Positions 37,735-51,133 are shown, numbered from the whole stretch's first letter. The stretch is 63,486 nucleotides of DNA, filler included, from Phoronis australis (GCA_002633005.1; 7 parts of 7 records of this genome joined end to end with filler, not necessarily neighbours in it); one strand, 5' to 3'. Numbers and translations are program-made. The notes: a model not told the origin generated them from the sequence alone.

Positions 37735-39320
37735 TATCATGACTTGATAAAGTTGTCAAGATACCAGCTAAGGTATCACATATTTTAAGCAATCGTGTTA
37801 AACTTTGTATTCAAGAATTCGAAAGTGGTTCGAAATTGTCTTCAGTCAAAAACGTGAGTATAGGCCTATTTTCTTTGGTACGTGTAACCGCGCTTCATTC
37901 CCATGCCGGCTACGCACTCCGGGATCACTCACAAGGTTGTGAACTCTCTGAGTTATTATATCTGACCAACTCGTGACCGGACTGCAAAACACGGCGTATC
38001 TGGCAGCTCGGCGAACAACCAACTCGGACCGTCCCTTGAAACACGTAGCCAAACTCAACGGAGAATGCTCTGACTGCGGCGCGTCCCTCGGCGGGCAGGA
38101 TGAGCATTGCTATGCAGTTGTAGTGAAATACTGTGTTTCACATATGCTGTTTGTGATTGACTCGTACTAGACTCACACGACTGGGCTCTGAGTTTCACTG
38201 GCTTGAAAACGCCTGTGTTTTAGTATGGTAGATGAGCTGTCCCGAATGACTCGTAATTTTCGCCCGAGCAGTTGGTTTGTTTCCTCACCACCTGAGTCGT
38301 CGCGGCTTCACAATTAAGGCGAAAACTGATGTCAAAATACGTTCACCCTTGCTATTATATAATTTACTGATGTGACGATAAAGGCCTCTTTGAACCAAGG
38401 CCTCTTCAGTTGAGTTGTAACGGGAATCGGCAGAGCGCGTGTCTAGCACCGATCTACTTAGTATCTAAAATGTCGATAAAAATATTTGCAGCGTTGTGCT
38501 TTTTCACTCGTTCGAATCGCACACGAGAGAACCATGGTGTCAACTTAAAATAGAGCGAGAAACAAGAGATAAGTAGATAAATGCACTGAGTTTATTATTC
38601 GCTAAATACAAAATACAAAGCTAAACTTACAAGACATCATAAGCTTCCGGTTCCGTTGTCATCGTACCCTCACTTTGTTTGAATCGGCTCCCAAATCGCC
38701 TAAGTTAGTACCCAAAGTCGAGTAATGAAAAATTTGTAAGCTAAAGTAAAAGCTAAAAAGTTGAGAAGTCGAGACTCTAACCGTATAGTAACGAGACCCG
38801 ATAGAGTTAAAAAGTTGAGATTCCTACCAGATAGAAACGAGGCCCGGTAGAATCCGAAGTTTGAGCGTGTGGGGCCCATTTTTATAGGTGAATCCGCACC
38901 GCGAATATTCCAAATGACGATAAAATACTGAGGGGTCTCAAGTTAAATGAAAAAACCAATCAAAATACAACTAAAAATTTCGTCATCGGAAGTACCAAAT
39001 AAGGAATTGACCATCTCACCTCTTTAAAATATAATAACCCGCCACTCTAGCTTCAGGAACTAAACTTGGTCTCAACTGACGACTCGACTTAACTCACTGG
39101 CGTTTTTTTGCTGCTCTAGCGACTACGTTAGCGTGTTAGCCACCATGTGAACCTTGCATCGTTTGCTATACATACTAATCAGCAAAAATCTGGGTTGATA
39201 ATATTGTTCATCGAGGTAGCGTTATGGGGTCCGCGAGGTCTAATCTCGATAGACCAACTCGAAACTCGACTCATCAAAAATTGACCAATTGCAAGGCACA
39301 CTTCCTTGTAGAAACATGCG
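37735..39320. repeat. Dispersed repeat family C, copy 2, interrupted by an insertion
   Basis: Matches 13165-13890 and 13950-14185, with ~700 bp extra in the middle. Confidence 0.8.
38416..39020 (-). mobile_element. Possible truncated solo LTR
   Basis: On the minus strand, a CCAAT-box-like site, TATAAAAA, AATAAA and terminal GTTACA occur in U3-R-U5 order. The other terminus was not found. Confidence 0.4.
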
Positions 39321-39504
39321 GTGATATTAGAATAGTAGACCGGCAGCCCAGAGCACTTAGCATAAATGAACAAGTACCAACATCTGATCATAAGGCCCTA
39401 GGAGCACTTCGAGTCCTTCTCAGTACTTATGTAAGGATGGACGTCTGCCGTTATCTGCACTCGGATGTGACCCCTGGGGACCTTACAAGGGGTCCAAAAA
39501 TTTC

Positions 39505-39995
39505 GCTAGATTAGACATCCGAGGTATCGCTCAAAACTGATTTAAAACGGACAATAGAACCGCACTGAACACCGAATGACCCATGACAGACGAATTGCAC
39601 TGTGGAATGGGTCCGGTAGAAACCAAAAGGACGGCCCAAAATTGAGCTAGCTCATACATTCAAGGTACCACAAAAAATTAATTCCATATGATTCAATACA
39701 TGTCACTGATCACTAAATGCCCCATTACAGACAAAATACACCCTGGGTTGTGCCTGCCAGATTCCCCCCAAATGTCAACAACGGTATGCCATTCATAATT
39801 TGAGCTAGATTAGATATTCGAGGAACCAGCTAAAACTGATTTAAATTAAACTAATAACAGTACTGCAGTGAACATCGAATGACCCATGACAGACAAATTG
39901 CACTCTGGAAAGGGTCCACCAGAAACCCAAAACGGACCCCCAAAATAAGCTAGCTCATATAGGCTACATTCGAGGTACCACAAAAACAATTCCAC
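39505..39995. repeat. Degenerate ~300-bp tandem repeat with ~150-bp substructure
   Basis: CTAGATTAGA..CGAGG, GAATGACCCATGACAGAC and GCTAGCTCATA each recur ~300 bp apart. Confidence 0.7.
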
Positions 39996-40124
39996 GTGGA
40001 GAAACACGTGACCCTCATGGCGGGNNNNNNNNNNNNNNNNNNNNNNNNNNNNNNNNNNNNNNNNNNNNTTAATTAATTAANNNNNNNNNNNNNNNNNNNN
40101 NNNNNNNNNNNNNNNNNNNNNNNN

Positions 40125-41436
40125 CTGTTGGGTATATTTCCATTCGGTTTCGAGTGGGAAATTCTGTATTTTGGATAAAGGTTGGATGCGCAATTCAGTC
40201 GTACAGGTTTGATGTTTTGGTTACTATGCACTTTACTTTTTGCGCAAGTTTCGTCATAAAAGAGAGAGCTCGTAAGCAAGCAGTGCAAATCTAAAAAATT
40301 CCAATATCAACTTCGACATAAGTACAGATTTTGCAGGGATTTGTTTGTTTTGAAACAACAGAAAACATCTGATTTTGGAATACATATTAAGACATGGGTT
40401 CTGAAAGCAGTATATGTTTCAATAGAGAATACACTATTCCCTTAGGTGTACTGATTTCGATGCCCCGGCTGGCGAATAAGTTCGCGGATGTTATTTTTCA
40501 GTACAAGAAAAATTCATATGATTGTCATTAATACTAAATATTTACTTAAGTATAATTAGCAAACAGCATCATCATTGGATAACAGCATATGCTGGTCAAT
40601 AATTATCTTTTTAATTGATCTTATATGGTCTCAATCACCAAGACTGATGTGGAAACAACGCATATAGTCGGTCAGCTTAAACTATGGTGGCGCAACATAA
40701 AAACCTAGTTGTAGCACCACTAAACTCTGTGGCTGAACAAAAAACCCAGGACTCAATGTATGGTAGGAACAAAAAAACTTAGCTCTTTGGCTGCAGACAT
40801 AACACTGCAAGCCCCCGCATTTCCTGACTGATGCCGTAGGGCTCCCAGTGTTTTCTGCCATTTTTGTCCTGTGTAGCACTCTCCAATATGGCGTCATATT
40901 GACAACGCGAGTGCCGCGCGCCCGGTCTATGTGATATCTATGATGAAGACACTATTTCACCATAGCAACCGTATCGTTTTGATTTGCAAATGTTTTAGGT
41001 TAGCTTGTGTTCCTATGTTTAACTACCTACTCTTTAAATAGTTATTTAAAGCCAGCTTACTAATAGTGCAAACTGTGAGGGAGGAAGATTGTACTATCGG
41101 GTGACAAAACCAGTTTTGACGAAATCGTCAGAACAGGGCTTAGTATCTTTGCATTGCAAATAAGTATACCTGTTTTTGCCTGGTACTCGTGCGACTTGAC
41201 GTTCACAGAGTTCCCGACCTTCGTCAGCACCGTAACGTTGAATTGCGTGCCTGGCACTAGCCCTGTGCATACTCCGTACATGTCTGCCTTACTGTAGCGA
41301 GCGACAACATCCGCTTGGTTGTGCGTTGTGCAGTGGATTTCATACTCGCCAGCTAGAGGCGGCACGTTCCCCCACGTCACCTTAATGGTGGTGGTACTTG
41401 TTCCGTTTACCAAAGACAAATTTCCCATTGTTACCG
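40125..41436. repeat. Near-identical duplicate of 43654-45105 (probable second allele), includes FN3 exon copy 41170-41436
   Basis: Only scattered SNPs and small indels differ. The block is bounded by a spacer and a single n. Confidence 0.85.
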
Positions 41437-41524
41437 NCCCCCCCGCTTCGTACGGCCCTGGATATTGCAGCTACAATCGGTTTTCGTCAGCGACTGAGGT
41501 TCCCGCGTGGCGCTTGTATTCTCA

Positions 41525-41995
41525 AGTACGCGGGAAATTAGTAGACATCAAGGTCAAGGTTCAACGGGAGTGATGAGTACGGATACTGATAGACTCCTTG
41601 ATCTTACGGAAATGCCAGTTGGACTCTGTCAGTAATGTTGAAGTTCTCCATAGAGACGGAATGGCTGCTCACGATCACGTGTTCACTGACAGCTTCTAGT
41701 TCTTTGAATCTGGTGTCTATATTACGTTTTTTCTCTCCTATGTATGTGTGCGAGGAGTCTTGATCACACGAGATTTTTTGTTTGCCTGCAGGCGTAGGGT
41801 CGTTGGGTCTGACCAGTTGATTACATAACGTGTTCCCTGAATGCATAAATGGCGATGTCAACTTTATTAGCAAAGAGTCTAATTGGCACTCAAGTAAGAT
41901 CAAGGAATGTATCGAGATCCGTACGCAGCATTTCCCGTTGAACCGTGACCTGGGTGTTAACTTACCTCCCGTGTACATTCCACTATTACGGAAGA
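41525..41995. mobile_element. Penelope-like element GIY-YIG/C-terminal fragments in inverted arrangement
   Basis: Minus strand: LVRPNDP..HTYIGE.KR..TRFKE..AVSEH. Plus strand: KESNW..KIKECIEI....LNRDLG. The two arms share GTAAGATCAAGGA and CCCGTTGAACC.TGACCT. Confidence 0.75.
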
Positions 41996-42419
41996 TTGCA
42001 AGCGCGTGCAGTGTATTGGTAATTGTTGTGTACAATAAATGGAGCATAGTGTGCCCTACTTAGATAATAATTTGGAAACCGAATTAATCGTCGATGCGCC
42101 CCCTCTCGACTTTGGCGCTATTGTGACTCCGATTTTTAAATATTAAAAAAATAATTGCAGGCAGTCTGGTACACGTTGTACCAGACGTGCGCTGGCCGCT
42201 CATGTGGGCCCATTGCACTGGTCACCTGGAAATATGTTTGTGCTTTATTAATATTATATATATTTAAAACCGAGCTGAGGAGCTAGAAACCTGACGCAAG
42301 GGTCTAGCAGTGTAGCCCAGTAGGACTGGAACCCACGACCTCGAGTAAAGAAGGGGGGCACCATCCGATTTACGTAAATGACAAAAATGAGAAAACTCCC
42401 CGTGTTTTTGTGGCTTGTG

Positions 42420-43530
42420 TTTCCCACACCATAGGTGACATTGAATGTCCGTATTCACAAATTGAACGTGAGTGTCCTGCACTGAGATGGGCCGTTGAAC
42501 ATTTCCATCTGTACGTATGTGGAATACCATTTACCGTGATGACCAATCACAAACTACTGGAGTCTATTTTTCGCATCGTATGCGAAACCCTCTCTTCTTG
42601 GGTAGTATTAGTGTTCGCCCTACCAGCATTATAGTTTTACGGTAACCTCAAGTCCTGCGGAATATCTGTCCAGGCATCTGGTTGTCCACTCTGTTGCCTG
42701 TAACGGTCTAACTTCCTCTGAGAACTACAAAAGCCACCACTTCGTTTGAGATTCGTGACACAACCCGGAACGCCCGGTGTTGCAACATGTTGTCAGACGC
42801 CTTGTTGGAAAATCCGTGGTATCAGCGCAAAGAGTTTGACGACTTGAATATTTTCGCTACCCTAGCTTCTGAACTTAGTGTGTCTGATGACGTCATTCTC
42901 CGTGGTGACCGAACTGTTGAGCCCGCTTTTTTTCGTGACAAGACAATCCTTTACTTTGTGCTAAAGCGTAATTCCTTCGTGTCGACGAAATAGTCGAAAC
43001 GATGGTCAAGCATTGCTATCCGCGCATCGTTGTGTATAAGGACAATGCTTTCCCTGCGTGTCAAATGAACCCTTTGTCGAAAGACAAGTGGCAATAGTTA
43101 TGTATGGGGTTTGCATGACCTTTTCCATCCGGTAACCACTGTCTAGTGGTGATCGATGAGTTCAGTCGTTTCCCTGTTGGAGAAATTCTGCATTCCACAT
43201 CCGTCGCACAGACTTGCAGAAAATGTTTAGTACTCATGGTGCACACAAGGTGCTGAAAACGGACCGTTTACGGACCAGCCACGAATTCCGTCGTTTCACG
43301 ACTTACTGTGGCAATAAGCATCCCAGTATCACCCCGCTATGTCCCACAGGTATTGCGATCACCGTAAACTTCATGAAAAGTCTGAACAAAACTATTTGGG
43401 CAGCAACTGTCGAGGGAAAGTCGTGAGTGGAACCAGAAAATGTTTAAAATGTTGAGAAACTTCCGACCCCTCACTCTACAACTGGTGTTTGGATCGAACA
43501 TTAAAGTGTTGTTACCTGAAGTGCCCCGGC
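42420..43530 (+). mobile_element. Highly degenerate Ty3/Gypsy RNase H-integrase remnant
   Basis: YSQIEREC.ALRWAVEHFHLY..G.PFTVMTNHK.L, VILRGDR and LVVIDEFSRFP. Confidence 0.8.
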
Positions 43531-44567
43531 TGGTTTTCACGGACGTGAGGTCACTTTTTCATGGGCTAAAATTTCTTCACATTAAATTTAGACCCTGTGA
43601 AAAAACTAAACGGGGTCATTTTTCACGGGGTCATAATTAATGCTACATCATCTCTGTTGGGTATATTTCCATTCGGTTTCGAGTGGGAAATTCTGTATTT
43701 TGGATAAAGGTTGGATGCGCAATTCAGTCATACAGGTTTGATGTTTTGGTTACTATGCACTTTACTTTTTTTGCGCAGGTTTCGTCATAAAAGAGAGAGC
43801 TCGTAAGCAAGCAGTGCAAATCTAAAAAATTCCAATATCAACTTCGACATAAGTACAGATTTTGCAGGGGATTTGTTTGTTTTGATACAACAGAAAACAT
43901 CTGATTTTGGAATACATATTAAGACATGGGTTCTGAAAGCAGTATATGTTTCAATAGAGAATACACTATTCCCTTAGGGGTACTGATTTCGATGCCCCGG
44001 CTGGCGAATAAGTTCGCGGATGTTATTTTTCAGTACAAGAAAAATTCATATGATTGTCATTAATACTAAATATTTACTTAAGTGTAATTAGCAAACAGCA
44101 TCATCATTGGATAACAGCATATGCTGGTCAATAATTATCTTTTTAATTGATCTTATGGTCTCAATCACCAAGACTGATGTGGAAACAACGCATATAGTCG
44201 GTCAGCTTAAACTATGGTGGCGCAACATAAAAACCTAGTTGTAGCACCACTAAACTCTGTGGCTGAACCAAAAAACCCAGGACTCAATGCATGGTAGGAA
44301 CAAAAAACTCAGCTCTTTGGCTGCAGACATAACACTGCAAGCCCCCGCATTTCCTGACTGATGCCGTAGGGCTCCCAGTGTTTTCTGCCATTTTTGTCCT
44401 GTGTAGTACTCTCCAATATGGCGTCATATTGACAACGCGAGTACCGCGCGCCCGGTCTATGTGATATCTATGATGAAGACACTATTTCACCATAGCAACG
44501 GTATCGTTTTGATTTGCAAATGTTTTAGGCTAGCTTGTGTTCCTATGTTTAACTACCTACTCTTTAA

Positions 44568-44798
44568 AGGCGAAGGCAACCTTTTTCCATGTCATTTTGA
44601 GCTAAAATAAGGTTGGTTGGTTATCCTAGACATATTTTTCACTTAATTACAGCTTTTCGTAATTTTATTAATTATTCGTCCGCTTTTCCGGAAGTGACGT
44701 TTTAGGAGGCAAGCGCTTCCCGCCAATTTCTTTTCACATAGTCTGACTGTGAGAGCTGCCGAGTCAGTCATTGTTCTACCTCGGTTGTGTTAAGTTCC
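44568..44798. mobile_element. Terminus of a TTAA-inserted (Kolobok-like) element
   Basis: TTAA|AGGCGAAGG... is present here but absent at the equivalent TTAA (41034-41037) of the duplicate block. It is cut off by the n at 44799. Confidence 0.6.
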
Positions 44799-44837
44799 NA
44801 ACAGGGCTTAGTATCTTTGCATTGCAAATAAGTATAC

Positions 44838-45107
44838 CTGTTTTTGCCTGGTACTCGTGCGACTTGACGTTCACAGAGTTCCCGACCTTTGTCAGCACCG
44901 TAACGTTGAATTGCGTGCCTGGCACTAGCCCTGTGCATACTCCGTACATGTCTGCCTTACTGTAGCGAGCGACAACATCCGCTTGGTTGTGCGTTGTGCA
45001 GTGGATTTCATACTCGCCAGCTAGAGGCGGCACGTTCCCCCACGTCACCTTAATGGTGGTGGTACTTGTTCCGTTTACCAAAGACAAATTTCCCATTGTT
45101 ACCGGTC
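44838..45107 (-). CDS. Multi-FN3 protein exon (one FN3 domain)
   Basis: AG/GT bounded, 270 nt, phase 1-1; TTIKVTW..YEIHC..GLVPGTQFNVTV..KT. Confidence 0.88.
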
Positions 45108-46371
45108 CTGAAATTCCGGAAATTTATGTTCTTGGTTCGACTTTGCGCCATATTTCAAAAGGTAATGTAGGTCTACGGCAGGAATATCACGCGTACACAT
45201 ATGTTACATTTGCAATACATTACTCTCAAGTAGTAAAGCACTTAACGACTTTGAGTTTAGTACCGCCTAAACGCCATTTTTGTAGTATCTTGGCTTTCCT
45301 CCAGAATCTTTTACGAAAAAAATTACTCCGACAGTTTCTGTTGTGGTGCAATTTGAGTAATTCGTTACAAGCCGCATATCGCTTTGTTTACCTGGCTAAA
45401 ACGAAAACCAAATTAGGGTATTCTCATAACATCGGTATCATAAATATCCTTTGCTAAGACAAAATTTTATTTCCGTTACTCAAGTCACAGTTTATCACAA
45501 GACCAAAAACCACTCCTCATCTGAGTAAGGAACAAGTCGAGACCAATTTTATAGTGGTAATAGTTAAAGTTAAGTTTTATTTTCTTCGACAGAACGCGGG
45601 TTTATTACAGCTTTAATATTTTCATGTTACATTTTCCAATTCAGTCAATTGTGACATGAAACAAATCCAGCATGAACTTGACTTCAAGTTTGCAAATCGT
45701 CTGTAAACCGACCCCGAATTTCTTTCCGACACTCTGAAAGGTTTGGTATCTTAATTTTTCAGCGGCACCCCATCAAAAGCTTTTGTCCAGTGCCCGCGGG
45801 GTTAAAAACATATCCCTAATTCACTTTACGTTTATAGGGCCTACATTTACTCAGTTTTGGTCTCGAAAGAGTATCGACATCGAATTGGCAGTATCGATAT
45901 CGAATTGGTATCTTACAAATTTTTAATAATGGTACTCAACCCTTGTTACACGGAATTTCTACGACGGCTCTTTTGACCAACGTCACACTGAAACGTTTAC
46001 CACAAAGAGGCACATCACCAAGCTGTTGAACGCAAGGGTATATCCACGATTCCAAGTTTTTCATTCCCTTCTCAGCTTACGCCGTCCCATTAACAAGCCA
46101 GTCTTCATTCAAAGTGGTAGTCTGATCAATTGAAAGACACTGCATGTTCGCCGACAAGATGAGGCACTCCGGCTAACTATTCCATAGCCAACTGATAGTG
46201 GTAAAACAACTTGCATCCATTTTGACAGAATTCGATTTATTTGTTTTCCTGGCAAGGAAGTCTGGCGTCACGCGCCGTGATTGACGTTTCTCTGCCATCT
46301 GCGAGATAGGCCTACCGGTACATATCTCCCACCAGAAATGGCCCTCAGTAGTGTGATTGGCCCAAACTTAC

Positions 46372-46632
46372 CTGTTACAACCCCCACTTCGTTGGTCTTA
46401 ACACTTTCGAATCCCTCAAGGACGGTCTCAACGGCCACGCGATAGTGCCTTCCTGATACGCAGCCATAACATCTTCCACCGTTATCAATAACTTCCGACT
46501 TCATACGATTTCCTTTCTCGTCTAGACAGACCAAATTGTACTTCTCCAAATTGCCTTGTGCGTGGTTCCAATTCACCCAAATGTCGCTGGAGGTCGTGTT
46601 CACCACTTTCACACCAGTTACTTTTGCAAGAG
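46372..46632 (-). CDS. Multi-FN3 protein exon
   Basis: 261 nt, phase 1-1; TSSDIWVNW..YNLVC..SGRHYRVAV; GTAAGT donor. Confidence 0.88.
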
Positions 46633-47034
46633 CTGATAAGCAAGCAAAACACACCTGTGGTTAAACCAATGGCTGCTAGTTTTCCCAACTACTGAATAAA
46701 GGAAAGTGGAAAACAATCGCCATCTTGCGGCATAAACTCGAATAATGTCTGTAACCCTACATGTGGAAAACAAGCTTGCGGTCTTGTATACCTAAGGTGG
46801 ATTCCGACTCTGCAGTAAAATGGCGTCAAGGGAAGTGGAACAAAAATCCACCTTGCTTCGCATCTTGCAAAAGGTCATTGACCAGGCAGTAACACGAATA
46901 ACCTACTGAAAACGCAACTATTTTGCTATTCGGCAAATTTGTTATATCCTGTGCCAATTGCCTTGCTATAGAGAGTAACAAACTGATGAAAGCATTGTGT
47001 GGCACATGCTAAAAAACGTCGATCTATTCAGTAC

Positions 47035-47301
47035 CTGTTTTAGTTCGAAACACACTCGATTTCGCGTCCGTGAAATTGCTGCGTTTCGTCACAACAGTAA
47101 CATTGTAATGAGCACCCGGTATTAGCCCGGTGCATTTGCCGGACAAAGAATAGGCGTTGTGTGTGGCGACTTTTGTCTGATGATTGGTCGTAGAGCATCG
47201 AACTTCGTATTCGTCTTTAATTCCTGTAGTGTTCGTCCACTGCACTTCAACCGTGGATTCGTTTCTGTTGATCACTTTTACGCTTCCAATTGCTTTGAGC
47301 T
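47035..47301 (-). CDS. Multi-FN3 protein exon
   Basis: 267 nt, phase 1-1; STVEVQW..YEVRC..GLIPGAHYNVTV..RTKT. Confidence 0.9.
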
Positions 47302-47372
47302 CTATGAAAATAGTCTTCAGTTTAATGGAAAAGGGCTCTTGATGAATAATTGGTATGTCAGATGCTACAAAA

Positions 47373-47570
47373 CATAGGCGGATTAAGGGGCAGGCCCCCC
47401 CTTGGAGTTCCCGTTTTTTTTTTAGTTCACCGGTAGATTTTCTGAATACATGGTTCACATACCCGGCTCCCGCAACTTCGGGCCTGTGCTGCACATACAA
47501 TCGCACTTTGCCCGATTCCTCGAGACAACATGTTGGGCCCACCCCTTATGGTATCCTAGATCCGCCAGTG
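47373..47570. mobile_element. MITE with 5-bp TSD (CAAAA)
   Basis: CAAAA|CATAGGCGGAT...ATCCGCCAGTG|CAAAA. Confidence 0.7.
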
Positions 47571-48922
47571 CAAAATAACATTTGCCTGCGCCCTCAACCG
47601 TCAAATTTCACTCGAGATCGGATTCGAAAATTGACCAAACACATCGTTTGAAATTGTTAGAAGTGTAACGCGCGATTGTTCAAATTTTCGTATAAGGTTT
47701 GGTGGTCACGAGCCCTGATCCCGGGTATGAAAGGGAGGTCCCTGTGATCTTATTTATGGGTTTTCAAAATCAGCAGGTACTTTCATGGAACATGTCAATC
47801 AACTCATTCAAGCATCAACGAACTTGAAAACTGAACGAGTAAAGGATCTCCGAAACGAACGCTGTGGTCAGTGGGGCAATTAAACAGAACTTCAAAAATA
47901 TCTGAAAGGAACCAATTAAAATCCACACGTTTTAATGCCCCGTCCCAAGGAAATTGGCTAAGCTAAGACAAATCTTAAATTTCAGTCATTTTTAAGATGG
48001 AACGTAAATTTGTCTCAAATCCATTTCAAGAAAGAGATCTTATGTTTGACTTAAGTTTTGTTTTAATTTTGACTAATTTGCCGGATGCGGAAGGTTCAAG
48101 GTTTGGAAGTTGAGACAAATCCTAGATTTAAGTAAAAAACGATCTTAATTCAGTTTCTTGGAACGTGTCTCAGATTTCACCTATCCACAGGAACTGTAAT
48201 TCCAATGTTACTACTTTGCATGGTTTTCCCGGAAGTTTTGCCTGTTTACAAATTTGTAGGAATGTTAAAGTTTTGACACGCTTCACAGTATGGAATTTGT
48301 TTTCGTTGGTACAATCGGTATACGTGCTGCTTCATCGGCATTCATCCTCAAACTGATGTTGCGCTGTGCTGGTGACCCTGTAGCCGCGGCAATTTGTACT
48401 CCCTTGAGAACAAAAGTGTAGGATAGTTCACCTTTCTTACACTTGGTGGCGTTCTAAAGGTATGTAGTGCAATTAAGTTTCGTGAATCTGTTTTACTTAT
48501 GTTCATGAACATGTAAATCAGAAAAATTCACTAGCTTGACTGTATAGACTTTATATACGTCAAATAAAGGCCACCTCCACCAGTGTTGCATTGCAGTGCA
48601 GGGATAGAAAATCTGCTGCGCTTTCAGGTGGTCCTCAAACTACCCAGAATTGCAGAAAATCTGATTGAATGGCAAGTGTTTTGTACCCTGTTAGTGGAAT
48701 CTGTAGAGACTGCATTCAAAAAGTTGCCCCGTGTCTAGCATTGGCAGGGAAGTGGTGGTTTTTGACTGAATGGTGTCGATTTGGCGTTTTAGTCCCGTTT
48801 TTCTGAGCCATACATCTTGTACAGTGGCTGTTAAACTTAGAAAAGTACTGGAGGTACTGCTGTATGGTGCTGTGTTTACCCATTCATCAGCTCAAAAACT
48901 CCGGAAGTGATAAAAAATGTAC

Positions 48923-49210
48923 CCGTTTTGAATTCAACTGATTTCGCAGTGCTTGTCTTCCGCTCGTCCAGCCACTTTGTGACAGCCGTCACCGTCAAGG
49001 TAAACTTGGTACCAGGCATCAGTTCCTTGTAACTGACGGAGCGTTTCTTGCTCTTTTCTACAGTAGCCATGGATACGTTGCCAATATCCGAAGACGTTAA
49101 AACCACATCGTAGTTCGTGAGGTTTCCAGTTGTAGGTGGGTCCCATGTGGCCGTGAATGTTGACGTGGCTCTGTTAAATATAACTGCAACATTCTCTGGA
49201 GGCAGGGGGA
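48923..49210 (-). CDS. Multi-FN3 protein exon
   Basis: 288 nt, phase 1-1; PLPPENV..FTATWDPP..YDV..LMPGTKFTLTVTAV..FKT. Confidence 0.9.
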
Positions 49211-49494
49211 CTGAAGATAGACAAAAATGGTTAGACAGTGTGTTTCTGCATCATTATAAATACGTTATCTTTAATTCATGTATTGCTGTCGTCAATTTAT
49301 GAATCGTGTGTAATCCGTTTATAAAGCTCCGTATCACTACTCTTCATTGATTTCAAATGCCGTCAGTAGGTACCAGAAAATACAGCACCTCAATACAACA
49401 TTTCGGAGATAAATGGTGTGTTTATTAAAAACTGCAATTCTTTGTGCCGTAGACTCCCAAACGTAAGACTTGAGCTAAACCAATGGTTGATATA

Positions 49495-49700
49495 GTCGTG
49501 TGGTTGTGTCCTTGAGCAAGGCGCTTTACCTGAGTTGCATCAGTCGAATCGGCTGAACGACTGACTGTTGACTGAGACTGAGAAGTAACATTCGTTTGAC
49601 TAGTATACCGTCCAGACGAAGCTGAAGGACTAAATGGCGCCGTTGTGGAACTCGGAGTTCCAGCCGGTCCAATGAGTCGTAATGGCTCGCGAAGGATTTA
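49495..49700 (+). repeat. CORE-SINE-like fragment
   Basis: TGTGTCCTTGAGCAAGGCGCTTTACC resembles the CORE domain motif. Confidence 0.5.
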
Positions 49701-49794
49701 ATATCGTGATACTGGTGTGCTCTTTTGTCATATAATTAAGGAATATGTCAGTTAGTTTTGTTAACTGTGTTAGGTTATCAATAAACAGCTTTAC

Positions 49795-50061
49795 CAGTAA
49801 TAGCAGTCAGCGAGACACTTTTGACGTCGGTAAAGCCCCGCCGTCTCGTCAGCACGGACACTGTATACAATTTTCCTGGCGTGGCCTCCTTACAGATTCC
49901 ACTGTTAATGCCTACCAGAACGATGCTTCTCAACACTTTTTTCGAAGAGCTAACGCACTGGAGTAAGTATGAGTCCAACTGACCACGTGCCTCGTGCCAA
50001 TCAACAAAAATTGTTTCCGTGTCGGTGCGTATCAATCTCAAGTTATCGACGGAGTCCAGAG
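49795..50061 (-). CDS. Multi-FN3 protein exon
   Basis: 267 nt, phase 1-1; TIFVDW..DSYLLQC..TPGKLYTVSV..IT. Confidence 0.88.
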
Positions 50062-50140
50062 CTGCAAGTGAAAGTCAACCTCTTGTGTCAATCAACAGGG
50101 ATCACTTTCGTGACTCTTTCATCTGCGTCCAGTAAAACAG

Positions 50141-50375
50141 AAATAGGGAGAGGGAGCGAAGGAGGGGGAGAGAGAGGGGAGAGGGGAGGGGGCAGGGACG
50201 GAAGGGAGAGACGAGATGTGCGAGATGGTGAGGGACGAATTTGCGACGGAGAAAGCGAACATAGGTAGGAAGGGAGCACTGAGGGACGGAGAGAGGGGGA
50301 AGGACAAACAGTGGGGGGAAGACAGCAGGAAGAAAGAGAAACAGAGAGGAAGCTACGAACGGAAGGAGGGTGGAA
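50141..50375. repeat. Purine-rich (GA/GGA) low-complexity tract
   Basis: Strong G+A strand bias with several G-runs; intronic. Confidence 0.8.
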
Positions 50376-51133
50376 AGTAGTCATCAGTTTGCAGAAAGAT
50401 TTTTAAAATAGGAAACCAACTTCCACACTCATTTTCAAACGTGTGAACCCAATCAAATGTTTTGTTGTTACTTCCGAAAGTTGTTATGGGACAGCTTCGA
50501 TGACCAAAGGCGCGTATCCTCAATTGTGACCAGAGAAGAGCCTAGCAGTCGGCAGACATAATGGGACACTAAACATTTTGTGACAGCACCACTAAAGTGG
50601 CTTTGTATGGGATCTGTACGTCCATCGATACGTCTTTGAATCACCATACCGGAAAAGTTCACTTTGATGTCCTCTTGCTAATCATGAATGACTGAAAGTC
50701 AAAATATTTAGACGGTGTTTATCTTACATGACCTTTAATGTTTCTCTCGGCAAACCACTATATCTACTATTATATTGTTGGTATGACTTCAAGTGGGTAG
50801 TCTTTAAAGACAAATTTTGTTGTTCCAGACATATTTGACGATTACTGGAAAAATTCCTCCGCGAGCTAATTTTTGCGTGAAACAATCATAAACTGTTCTG
50901 CTAATCTGGGATAAGACTCCCAGTCCTTTCCAGTGCCTGCTGTCACTTGTTTCTGGGAAATTGTCCAGAGTGAAAGATAACCCTACCCATGCAGTAATGC
51001 CAGCAATCATTGATCTGGAGCAACCTCGCCATTAAATCCCAATCGACCGTCATTTTCGAGGTACTAAACTTGCGCCTGATAAGCGTGTTGCAGGATAAAC
51101 ACAGATTTCAGGTGAATTAGTTAAACATCTTAC

